DNA from: Chiloscyllium plagiosum
Lineage: Eukaryota
Assembly (NCBI RefSeq): GCF_004010195.1
Contig: NC_057752.1
Span: 14,061,727 to 14,085,098, forward strand
Direction: 5' to 3'
DNA length: 23,372 nucleotides
In this document: piece by piece, positions 10,786 through 19,858 of the stretch
How positions within the stretch are numbered: position 1 is the first letter of the stretch
Layout: the number at the start of each line of letters is the position of its first letter
Translations under genes and position numbers: made by a program
The notes under the pieces: model-generated
Databases searched by the model: none
What the model saw: the letters and a program-made list of their open reading frames with translations, nothing else
What the model was told of the DNA's origin: nothing

Positions 10786-10984
10786 TCACTCATTGCCTTT
10801 TGTTGAGCCATCACCAGAGTTTCGCCCATACAGTGTAAATCCTTCAGCATTTAGCTGCCATGCCGCAGAAAGCCCTATAAATATATTAAGATTATGCATT
10901 TTTGCATTTTATTACATATTTTTCCCTCGAAAATATCTGAACTTGGTTCATATTTATTTCAGAAGATAGGAAATAAAAAGAAAA

Positions 10985-11113
10985 CTGGAGTGTCAGGGGT
11001 TCTGTTTATCCTAGGTGCTGGCTGCGAGCTAGCTGGGTCAGTGTCATGTGCTATGCGCATGTAAGTAAAGGGTGATTTGGTGATGGGCTACTGGCCTCTG
11101 TGGAGTTACTTCA
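10985..11113 (+). repeat. Dispersed repeat resembling an LTR 3' end (copy 2)
   Basis: Aligns by eye with 9670-9799 and ends in ttCA. Confidence 0.6.
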
Positions 11114-11143
11114 CTTACCAGTCATGTGATTTTCTAGGTGGAG

Positions 11144-11260
11144 TCCACCTGACGAAGGAGCAGCGCTCCGAAAGCTTGTGATTTCCAATAAACTTGTTGG
11201 ACTATAACCTGGTGTTGTGTGACTTTTGACCTTGTCGGCCCCAGTCCAACACCAGCACCT
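11144..11260 (+). mobile_element. Penelope-like pLTR (family B)
   Basis: Hammerhead followed by aataaacttgttggactataacctggtgttgtgtgacttttgac...cccagtccaacaccagcacctc, homologous to the copies at 3104, 12996, 15255 and 21484. Confidence 0.88.
11146..11180 (+). ncRNA. Minimal type I hammerhead ribozyme motif, intact core
   Basis: CAC-CTGACGA-A-GGAGC-agc-GCTCC-GAAA-GCTT-GTG: stem I CAC/GTG, 5-bp stem II, palindromic AGCT stem III, predicted cleavage after CUU (11177). Confidence 0.8.
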
Positions 11261-11327
11261 CGCCCTCTTGGAGATTTGGATGAGAAAAAAGCTCCAATAT
11301 TCCCAATGACCTTTTCAGCGATCTCTT

Positions 11328-11421
11328 TTAAAGAAACTCCAGGTATTTCTGCAAAACTTTCAATAAATCAATTATTCCACAACCCTCCAAAACCGAAGTC
11401 CTCCAAGAAATATGAAGTGTC
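11328..11421 (-). CDS. Possible terminal coding exon of an unrecognised gene (weak)
   Basis: Acceptor ctctttctggagttttacaAG; the frame that is phase-compatible with exon 12155-12309 reads TLHISWRTSVLEGCGIIDLLKVLQKYLEFL*, and the other two frames stop earlier. Confidence 0.15.
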
Positions 11422-11938
11422 CTTGTAAAACTCCAGAAAGAGTGTTTCTATAGCAGTGTGAACTCAGGGCATATAAAGCACTTTACATTTTTTTGATGTG
11501 TAGTGTTAAGGCTACTCACTGGCCAAGGAACCCAAATCTGTCATATTTCCAGACAGCATTCCCCCAAATTGTCAAACTCCTGGGTGTTCTCTTGGTTGGT
11601 TGCAACAAAGGATCCCCCTCCTTTGTGCAATCCCTGTGAATTTGCATTTTGAAAGGAAATTTCTTGAGTTTTTTTTTCATTCATATGCAGAAGAGAGTTG
11701 CTGGATTAGTCAGCATTTAGTACACAGGAACTGAATGTCTTGCGAGGCTATTTTAGATGGTAGTAAAGAGTCAACCACATTGGCTGTGGGTCTAGAGTCA
11801 TGTATAGGTCAGACTGGGTAAGGATGGCAGATTTCCTTTCCTCAAGGATATCGGTGAACCAGATGGAGGTTGAACCAAAATATTAGCTATCATTAGACTA
11901 GCTTCTTATGAAATTGAATTCAAATTTCAGCATCTGCC

Positions 11939-11972
11939 ATCCTGAAGAAGGGCGCATGCCCGAAACGTCGAT
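11939..11972 (+). ncRNA. Minimal type I hammerhead ribozyme motif, intact core with GUC site
   Basis: ATC-CTGAAGA-A-GGGC-gcat-GCCC-GAAA-CGTC-GAT: stem I ATC/GAT, 4-bp stem II, palindromic ACGT stem III, predicted cleavage after GUC (11969). Confidence 0.8.
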
Positions 11973-12031
11973 TCTCCTGCTCCTTGGATGCTGCCTGACC
12001 TGCTACGCTTTTCCAGCAACACATTTTCAAC
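11941..12031 (+). mobile_element. Penelope-like pLTR fragment (family A)
   Basis: Hammerhead followed by gattctcctgctccttggatgctgcctgacctgct.cgcttttccagcaacaca, homologous to the copies at 1941, 7134, 18392 and 18631. Confidence 0.88.
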
Positions 12032-12154
12032 CCTACCCAGAACATTAACCTGGATGACTAACTCAGTAAGATCACCATGATACCACTGCCTTCTGAATCA
12101 CAAGAGTGAGTTCATTAGTTATTAACCACACAGAGAAAGAATTAAGGCACATAC

Positions 12155-12309
12155 AGATCATTCTCTGGGTCATTCATAAAGAGTAGATACTGGGACCTTG
12201 GGTGATACCAGTAGTTTTTGGCTTTGTAGATTAATTGAAATGCTTTTGGCCTGTTTCCTTTGGACAGTTTGCCAACTGGTTTACAGCACTCAGATTGAGA
12301 GTCATTTAT
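12155..12309 (-). CDS. Possible 155-bp internal exon of an unrecognised gene (weak)
   Basis: Acceptor cattgcAG, donor GTATGT, open frame INDSQSECCKPVGKLSKGNRPKAFQLIYKAKNYWYHPRSQYLLFMNDPEND(L), in apparently non-repetitive sequence; no homology recognised. Confidence 0.2.
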
Positions 12310-12789
12310 CTGCAATGTAGGAGTAATTGTTGGATGGTTCTTTGACTGCAACTTTCACAGATGACTAATGCTCAAACCCAAGTTAGTGTGTATATGAAAC
12401 TCACCTCACTAGCACACACAGGCTAGGGTGGAAGCTAGCTTTTAATCCTGGTCCTCATGTCTTCTTGCAAGGTGAATTACAAACACATACCTTGTCCAGA
12501 TTGCTGTCCTTTCTCCCATTATATCCACAGTCTGAGATATCCGTGGAAGATTACAGTTCAGTTTCTCATGAATTTGGTTTTTGAAGCTTCCTTGATGCCT
12601 TCAGACATGATATTCCAGGCTTCCTTTCCAGACAGCTACTGGATTTACATCTGCAGTCATCGTTTGGCCGTAACTTCTCTTTGGAAAAAGACACACCCAC
12701 TCATATTGTAATTAAAGGTTCAGTATGCCAGAGGTAGTCCAGGCTTCTTAACCTTCTGCCTTTCCCCACCCAAGTCTCAATGACATAAT

Positions 12790-12993
12790 CAGATTCGATG
12801 GTGCTTAAAGCAATCTTCGGCATTAACCCTTTCACAACCATTACCGTGTACAGCACGAATGAATTGAAGACCCTGCCTCCGTTACATTCAAATGATCCTC
12901 TGAGAGAAAATATTTCACCTCGTCTTTGTCTTAAAAGGGAGTCCTTCTTACCTTAAACTAGGACTCCGAGTGTTAATCTCCATGCACAAGAGG
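12790..12993 (-). mobile_element. Old CR1 LINE, 3' segment (continues at 15345)
   Basis: ctctgagagaaaatatttcacctcgtctttgtcttaaaaggg...ccttaaacta...cacaagagg, collinear with CR1 3' ends such as 17625-17730. Confidence 0.6.
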
Positions 12994-12995
12994 CA

Positions 12996-13078
12996 GAAGT
13001 CACATGACACCAGGTTTTAGTCGAACAGATTTATTTGAAATCACACAAGCTTTCAGAGCGCTGCCCCTTCGTCAGGGG
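12996..13078 (-). mobile_element. Inverted 5' pLTR arm of a Penelope-like element, with hammerhead core at 13044-13078
   Basis: Minus strand ccc-CTGACGA-A-GGGGC-agc-GCTCT-GAAA-GCTT-GTGtgatttcaaataaa; stem II holds with two G-U wobbles and stem I has one mismatch. Confidence 0.85.
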
Positions 13079-13079
13079 C

Positions 13080-13270
13080 AACCGTGATCTTGGGTTCATG
13101 TCGCCCTACAGGTGACCCCACCACACGTTTCCGTATCTGTAAAATCTTCCTTACTGTCTTGTTCTGACAACATCCCCTTGATAAATTGTTGTGATCTCTC
13201 TAACTTAATTAGTTTGTACAGGTTTGAATTACTTATTACACTCTCTCTCACACACACACACAAATCTATG
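13080..13270 (+). mobile_element. Penelope-like element: ORF C-terminus and start of 3' UTR with (CT)n(CA)n microsatellite
   Basis: 13080-13115 translates NRDLGFMSPYR*, matching the (GL)NRDxGF motif I recall at the end of vertebrate PLE GIY-YIG domains. Confidence 0.7.
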
Positions 13271-13273
13271 CAG

Positions 13274-14862
13274 ATAGAGTCATAGAGGTGTACAGCACGG
13301 AAACAGACCCTTCGGTCCAACCCGTCCATGCTGACCCAGATATCCCAACCCTTTCAAGCTTCACAACACCTTTCCGATAGGAAGGAGACCAGAATTGCAT
13401 GCAATATTCTAAAAGTGGCCTAACCAACATCCTGTACAGCCGCAACATGTACTCAATTCTCTGACCAATAAAGGAAAACATACCAAACGCCTTCTTCACT
13501 ATCCTATCTACCTGCGACTCCACTTTCAAGGAGCTATGAACCTGCACTCCAAGGTCTCTTTGTTCAGCAACACTCTCTAGGGCCTTACCATTAAGTGTAT
13601 AAGTCCTGCTAAGATTTGCTTTCCCAAAATGCAGCACCTCGCATTTATCTAAATTAAACTCCATCTGCCACTNNNNNNNNNNNNNNNNNNNNNNNNNNNN
13701 NNNNNNNNNNNNCAATTTTGGTGTCATCTGCAAACTTACTAACTGTACCTCTTATGCTCGCATCCAAATCATTTATGTAAATGACAAAAAGTCATGGACC
13801 CAGCACCGATCCTTGTGGCACTCCACTGGTCACAGGCCTCCAGTCTGAAAAACAACCCTCCACCACCACCCTCTGTCTTCTACCTTTGAGCCAGTTCTGT
13901 ATCCACATGGCTAGTTCTCCCTGTATTCCATGAGATCTAACCTTGCTCATCAGTATTCCATGGGAAACCTTGTCGAACGCCTTACTGAAGTCCATATAGA
14001 TCACGTCCACCACTCGCCCTCATCAATCCTCTTTGGTACATCTTCAAAAAACTCAATCAAGTTTGTGAGACATGATTTCCCATACACAAAGCCATGTTGA
14101 CTATCCCGAATCAGTCCTTGCCTTTCCAAATACACGTAAATCCTGTCCCTCAGGTTTCCCTCCAACAACTTACCCACCATCGAGGTCAGGCTCACCGGTC
14201 AATACTTCCCTGGCTTGTCCTTACCACCCTCTTAAACAGTGGCACCACGTTAGCCAACCTCCAGTCTTCCGGCACCTCACCTGTGACTATCAATGATACA
14301 AATATCTCAGCAAGGGGCCCAGCAATCACTTCCCATAGAGTTCTAGGGTACACCTGATCAGGTCCTGGGGATTTATCCACCTTTACATCCAGCACTTCCT
14401 CCTCTGTAACATGGACATTTTTCAAGATCTCACCATCTATTTCCCTACAGTCTATATCTTCCATGTCTTCTCCACAGTAAACACTAAGGCAAAATACTTG
14501 TTTAGTATCTCATCCATCTCCTGCGGCTCCACACAAAGGCCACCTTGCTGATCTTTGAGGGGCCCTATTCTCTCCCTAGTTATCCTTTTGTCCTTAATGT
14601 ATTTGTAAAAACCCTTTGGATTCTCCTTAATTCTATTTGCTAAAGTTATCTCATGCCCCCGTTTTGCCCTCCTGATTTCCCTCTTAAGTATACTCCTACT
14701 TCCTTTATACTCTTCTAAGGATTCACTCGATCTATCCTGTCTATACCTGACATATGCTTCCTTCTTTTTCTTAACCAAACCCTCAATTTCTTTAGTCATC
14801 CAGCATTCCCTATGCCTACCAGTCTTTCCTTTCACCCTGACAGGAATATACTATCTTTGGAC
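13274..14862 (-). mobile_element. Young 5'-truncated HER1/CR1 LINE: ORF2 pseudogene with RT core and 3' tail
   Basis: Successive frameshifted ORFs: KENPKGFYKYIK..., KSPGPDQVYPR...VPEDWRLANVVPLFK, SLTSMVGKLLE...SQHGF...SCLTNL, YMDFSKAFDKVSH...GVPQGSVLGP, KFADDTK, WQMEFNLDKCEVLHFG...LVRPLLEYCMQFWSP; tail ccgtgctgtacacctctatgactctat. Confidence 0.96.
13673..13712. other. Assembly gap (40 N)
   Basis: Run of N inside the LINE RT region. Confidence 0.99.
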
Positions 14863-14868
14863 TCTCTT

Positions 14869-15343
14869 TTGTTTATTTGCAGATAAATTCAATTTTGTTT
14901 GAAAAACACATAATTTGTAGTTAGAGTCTGTCAATGTGGCATCTTTTGAATTTCAGCTTTCGGAATAAAACCAGCCTGACTCCAGGTTGAAACTCTGAGC
15001 CAGATTCTGAACAAAGCCTCACACCTACAATTCAGTGTCTGACCTGAGATGTCACTTTTGTCTATTCCCATCGCTCTGCCTGATTGTCATGACAGCGCAG
15101 CACTGACATTGACTTTATAAACACTTTACCCGCCGTCTAACACTCTTGGTGACTTACAGAGATGTATTATCTGACGCTCCACTCACACCAGTTGTATCAT
15201 CTTTTGATCTCTCTGCCAATAAACTCTGTGTCTGTGTGCCCTGCTCTCTCATTGCACCTAATGAAGGGCCTGCACTCCGAAAGCTTGTGTGATTTCAAAT
15301 AAACCTGTCCACCCCAGTCCAACACTGGCACCTCCACATCATG
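14869..15343 (+). mobile_element. Penelope-like element 3' UTR and 3' pLTR (decayed hammerhead at 15255-15289)
   Basis: CAC-CTaATGA-A-gggcc-tgc-actcc-GAAA-GCTT-GTG; 15283-15303 gcttgtgtgatttcaaataaa is the exact reverse complement of 13030-13050; ends ccccagtccaacactggcacctccacatcatg. Confidence 0.75.
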
Positions 15344-15344
15344 T

Positions 15345-16055
15345 ACCCCAAAAGAGGGGGACATGATTCATTCAGCACCTACCCTGCCCAGTCTCTCAAG
15401 TCATTATATATTTCAATAAGATCACCTCTCATTCTTCTAACCTCCAATGGAGAGAGGCCTAACCTATTCAACCTTGCTTCATGAGATAAGCCTTTCATCC
15501 CAGGAATGAGTTGAGTGAAACCTCTCTGAACTGATTCTAAAGGAATTATAGTTTTTTTTCAAATAAGGAGATTAAAAAAAACTTCAGATGCAGTCTCACC
15601 CTGCTTCACTATTCTATTCCTCCGCTATTAAATGTCAGCATTCGCTTTGCCTTCCTCGTCACGCTGTTTTGTATTTCATACACCAGGACACCCAGATCCC
15701 TCGGAACCTCAGAATCCTGCAACCTTCCTCATTTTTTATTTTAAAAAAGTGCTGCTTTTCTATTCTTCCTGCCAAAATGGACACATTTATGCTGACTCAC
15801 ATTATACTCCATCGGCCAAATCTTTGCTCCCTCAGGTAACCTGTCCTCTCTCGCTTTGTAGACTCCCTGCCCCTTCTTGACAATTTGCTTTCCTCCCAAT
15901 CTGGGTGTCGTCAGCAAATTTAGTGGCCACACATTCGCTCCTGTCACCAAATTCATTGAGATAGACTGTAAATAATTGAGGACCTTGCGGCACTCCATTT
16001 GCGAGAGCCCGCCGACTCAAGAAGACCAATTTATCCCTACCTTCTGCTTCCTGCT
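15345..16055 (-). mobile_element. Old CR1-clade LINE RT region
   Basis: GVPQGPQLFTVYLNE...KFADDT (ORF 15832-16029) and AKIWPMEYNV..KC..VHFGRKN (ORF 15741-15998). Confidence 0.85.
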
Positions 16056-16214
16056 AGCACAACATAGAAAATAGGAGAAGAAGTGTTTCCTTCAAGCTTT
16101 GCACCTGCTCAGCTATTCCATATCAGGTCAGAGGCTAGGAATCCTGCTGCAGGCAACTCACCTTGCCAAAGCTAAAATGCTGGGGGACCTTATTGGAAGA
16201 GAATCCTGATGTAT

Positions 16215-16325
16215 TTTTGACAACCCCTATTAAACCTCTCCTTAACCTTCGTTGCTCTAAGGAGATTAATCCCAGCTTCACCAATATTTCCACATAACTG
16301 AACTACCTGGTATTATCCTGCGAAG
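16215..16325 (-). mobile_element. Decayed CR1 fragment split by the LTR; resumes at about 16976-17032
   Basis: tattaaacctctccttaaccttcgttgctctaaggagattaatcccagcttc.cca... then ...ccaggaccttgacac.gctcct...gaggtgccc, collinear with 4730-4915. Confidence 0.55.
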
Positions 16326-16975
16326 TACGGAAAATAAAGAACATGGAAGTATGGGAAGGGTTAAAGCACGAAGACCACTGGGAATCTGTGTTCTGTGGAA
16401 GGCAGGATGGGATAACCACAGTGGAACATTCTTACACCAATTAGCAGAGTAAGGTTAAAGCTGAAAGGTCACTATGGCGAGATGAGATAACATAAGTAAT
16501 AAAGGAAGTTTCTCTGTTAAGTGTTATTATGACAGGATTGGGACAATAAATATCTAATTAATAATTAGTAAAGTCAGCTTGAGACAGGAGACTATTGTAA
16601 CAGATGGAATAGCTAAATATCTATCATGATAGGTTAGTCTGGAATTGAAGATCACTGTAGCACAGTTAGCAATAAATATCTAACCGTGACATTAGAATAA
16701 CATTAAGTAGAATGTACAACTAAAGAGATAATGGGAACTAACCTCACTGGTTTATTGTGTAGCTAGAGTGAGGTACTTTGATTAATATAGTTGAACATGC
16801 TAATAACCTAACAGAAACATTTAAAAAAAGATATAAAAATCCATGGACCCTGAGGTGCGGGGGCATTCGAGAATCTGCTTTCTCAGTGTCACGGTTTTTT
16901 GTTTGCAAATAAAGGACCTACTTCTTGAAGAACTCTCTGTGTCGCCTGGCGGTTCTCTATATTTTCTCCCCAACA
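16326..16975 (+). mobile_element. Probable solo LTR (ERV- or Gypsy-type), 650 bp
   Basis: GAAG direct repeat at 16322-16325 and 16976-16979; TATAAAA at 16832-16838, AATAAA at 16908-16913, CA 3' end, imperfect terminal inverted repeat (gaaaataaagaac / gttctctatattttc); 5' end is TA rather than TG. Confidence 0.65.
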
Positions 16976-17416
16976 GAAGCTTCCTATCTCCCCAATCCAG
17001 GACCTTGACACTGCTCCTGTCATGAGGTGCCCGGTATTTTCGCTGAGGCCTAGTCAGAGATTTGTAAAGATTTTAGCGTGAACCTGTTTCTCTAGTCAAA
17101 GCCCTCGTTGACACCACTGAGTACCCCTGACATTTTCTTGACAGTGCCAACAGCTTGCTCCGTCACCCGTAAACAGTTGTGAATCTTCACCCCTCGGCTC
17201 CCTCTGTTCTTGAACCCCCATCAGAATCGTACAATTTCGACTACACTATGTTTCAAAGTACAGTCCTCTTAACATGGGTTACTTCACAACTGGATAAATG
17301 TCTGCCTCTTTCATCAGTTCAACCTCTGTGTTCCTGCAATCTTCTGCTGAAACCTGCACACAATGACAAGCTTCAAATCATTTACGAACTTTGCACTCCC
17401 TCTACCCAGGTCTCAT

Positions 17417-17818
17417 TTAGAGTCGTACAGCACAGAAACACGCCCTTCGGCCCAACGTGTCCATGCCAACCAGGTTTCCTAAACCGAACGGGTCCCATTT
17501 GCCAGCATCTGGCCCATATCCCTCCAAACCCTTCCTATTCATATACCCATCCAGATGCCTTTTAAATGCTGTAATTGTACCAGCCTCCACCACTTCCTCT
17601 GGCAGCTCATTCCATACACACACCACCCTCTGTGTGAAAACATGGCCCCCTAGATCCCTTTTATATCTTTCCCCTCTCACCCTAAACCTATGCCCTCTAG
17701 TTCTAGACTCTCCTCCCTTCGGAAAAAGACCTTGTCTATTTATCCTGTCCATGCCCCTCATGATTTTATAAACCTCTATAAGGTCACCCCTCAGCCTCTG
17801 ACACTCCAGGAAAAGAAA
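17417..17818 (-). mobile_element. HER1/CR1 LINE 3' end
   Basis: ORF MRGMDRINRQGLFP...TRGHRFRVRGER...FTQRVVCVWNELPEEVVEAGTITAFKRHLD; tail gggccgaagggcgtgtttctgtgctgtacgactcta. Confidence 0.93.
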
Positions 17819-18391
17819 ACAATGGTCCTAATAAAGATCCCTGCGTATCCACTGTATACATATTTCCATATTCATTTATAAAAATCATTTATTTACTTCT
17901 CTGCCTCTTGTTCCTTTGCCAGGTTGCCAATCCCTTTAATGCGACATGTTTCCATTTTCCAAATAACTCTGTTCTGTGGTACCATCACCACCTTCACGTC
18001 TACTACACCATCTTTTTTTCAACTCTCCCTACCACAACATAAAATAACTCAATCAGGTTGGTCAGGCCTAAATTTGCCATTAACACTGGCTGTGCATTAT
18101 GAACCCATGCTTTTCCAAGTGATAAATATTTGGTCTTTGACAATGATCTCTGCTGGTTTTCCCACAGACATAAAACTGACTGACCTGTTGTCTTCGGGGT
18201 AATTCCTCTCCCATTTATTGAACAGAGATGTAACATTGATAGTGTTCTAGTCCTTAGGCATTTGACTGATATATGAGGAGGATTGGAAGATTGAGGTCTG
18301 AATTTCCTCTATCTTAATCCTTGCTTCCCTCTGAAGGGAAAGATACATCCCATCTGGATGTGGTAGTGCTTGTTAACATTAAGTGATGCCA

Positions 18392-18519
18392 GTGTCAAAA
18401 AGTGTGGCGCTGGAAAAGCACAGGAGACCTTGGATGCTGTCTGGCCTGCTGTGTTGTTCCAGTGCCACACTTTTCTGCTCTGATCCCCAGTACCTGCAGT
18501 CCTCGCTTTCTCCTAGTTT
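18392..18519 (+). mobile_element. Hairpin mini-PLE (family A tail plus inverted arm) with 10-bp TSD, no hammerhead
   Basis: Arms at 18398-18423 and 18449-18474; AGTGATGCCA at 18382-18391 and 18520-18529. Confidence 0.85.
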
Positions 18520-18630
18520 AGTGATGCCAACCTCACCAGCACTTATTTTTGTACCTGTGCTTATCCTATCCAAGACTTTTATTTGAGTTCTACAGCATGG
18601 AGGCGGGCCCTTTGGTCCAAACTGGTCCGT

Positions 18631-18972
18631 GAGGAGAAAGTGAGGACTGCAGATGCTAGAGATCAGAGTCGAGAGAGTGGTGCTGGAAAAGCACAGCAGG
18701 TCAGGCAGCATCTGAGGAGCAGGAGAATCGACATTTCGGGCACAAGCCCTTCATCAGGCTGAGAGATAGTTGGGAGAGGGGTGGGGCTAGAGGGAAGGGA
18801 GCAGAGAATGTAACAAGTTGGTGAAGGTGGGGGAGAAGGTGAGAGGTCAGAGAGGAGGATGGAGCAGATAGATTGGGAGAAAGATGGACAGGTCAAGAGG
18901 GCGGTGCCGAGCTGGAGGCTTAGGACTAAGATAAGGTGGGAGGAGGGCAATTGAGGAAACTGGCGAAATCCT
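18631..18972 (-). mobile_element. Penelope-like element (family A) 3' region with hammerhead at 18727-18758
   Basis: Minus strand: pyrimidine-rich UTR, then CTGATGA-A-GGGC-ttgt-GCCC-GAAA-TGTC-gattctcctgctcctcagatgctgcctgacctgctgtgcttttccagcaccac. Confidence 0.88.
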
Positions 18973-18982
18973 GCCTGGGAAT

Positions 18983-19190
18983 GTGGTGGAGGGCAGGTTC
19001 AATTCAGATATTGGATGGTTATTGGTTTCGAAATGGGGTACAGGGATATGGGAGAATGGCAGCAGATTGACTCTCGGTAATGAGGCTCGTTTAATGGGGT
19101 GTAGGTACAATGAGCTGAACAGCCAATTAGAACACAAGAACAGTACAGGGCCCTTCGGCCCACCATGTCTGTGCTGACCATGATGCCAGT
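18983..19190. mobile_element. Two short CR1 3' fragments, tail to tail (+ 18983-19100; - 19129-19190)
   Basis: gtggtggagggcagg...cagggatatgggagaatggcag; agaacacaagaacagtacagggcccttcggcccaccatgtctgtgctgaccatgatgcca. Confidence 0.6.
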
Positions 19191-19586
19191 ACATCGTGGG
19201 AGATCCCAGCCCTACCTCAGTAGGCCACACTCTGGGTGGGGGGAGGTTAGAGTCCCTCTGCAGAGATTTGACTTCAGAATCCAGGCCAACACTCCGAAAC
19301 TACACTATCGGCCACGAAGCCGCACACAGGAGGAGGCTATTCAGGCTGGTTATCCTTGTGCCAGCTCTCAGCTCATCCCACCTTCGTCCCCCGTAGCTGT
19401 GCGGATCTTTTCCCTCCCGATGGGCCTACTCCCGCTACAAGCTTCTGGCTCAGAGCGAGCCGGGCCGATTCCCATCTGGAGAAAGGGAAGCGAATGGACC
19501 GCGAGGAAGATTCTGCCTTCAGGCTGTTACGGCAGTGTCATTGTACCTGGTGGCACAAAGATGGTGGCTCGTTCCAGCTACAAACA

Positions 19587-19858
19587 GGGAGGTAATGGCC
19601 GAGTGGACCCAGGTTCGAACCTCGCTACGGCACCCAGTGGTATCTGAAATTCAAAAATAAATCTGAAATAAAATTGACTGTGAATCCGTTGTCCGAAAAT
19701 CCCATCTGGTTCACTCATGTCCTTTAGCCCTGACCTGGTCTGGGCCTACATGTGACTCCAGACCCACAGCCATGTGTCTCTGCCCTCTGGGCAATTAGGG
19801 ACGGCGCAATAAATGCTGACCGAGCCAGCGACACCCTCAACCAATGTAAAAAGAAAAC
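19587..19858 (+). mobile_element. Non-HE1 tRNA-type SINE (internally deleted)
   Basis: ggttcgaacc B box, cccatctggttcactcatgtcctttag, tgtgactccagacccacagc, gcaataaatgctgaccgagccagcgacaccc plus A-rich end. Confidence 0.85.

Larger units (their letters stand above)
11669..12092 (-). mobile_element. Non-HE1 tRNA-type SINE, interrupted by a PLE pLTR at 11941-12031
   Basis: T-run, cagcattt, aagagtcaaccacattg.ctgtgggtctagagtca, gtaaggatggcagatttcc, gtgaaccagatgg, ttgaattcaaattt..catctgccat | cccagaacattaacctgg. Confidence 0.82.

Noticed and set aside
13266..14835. Functional reverse transcriptase gene
   Set aside because: Multiple frameshifts and deletions, 5'-truncated; a dead LINE copy
19165..19647. 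160-aa ORF
   Set aside because: Spans several unrelated repeat fragments in GC-rich sequence; chance ORF
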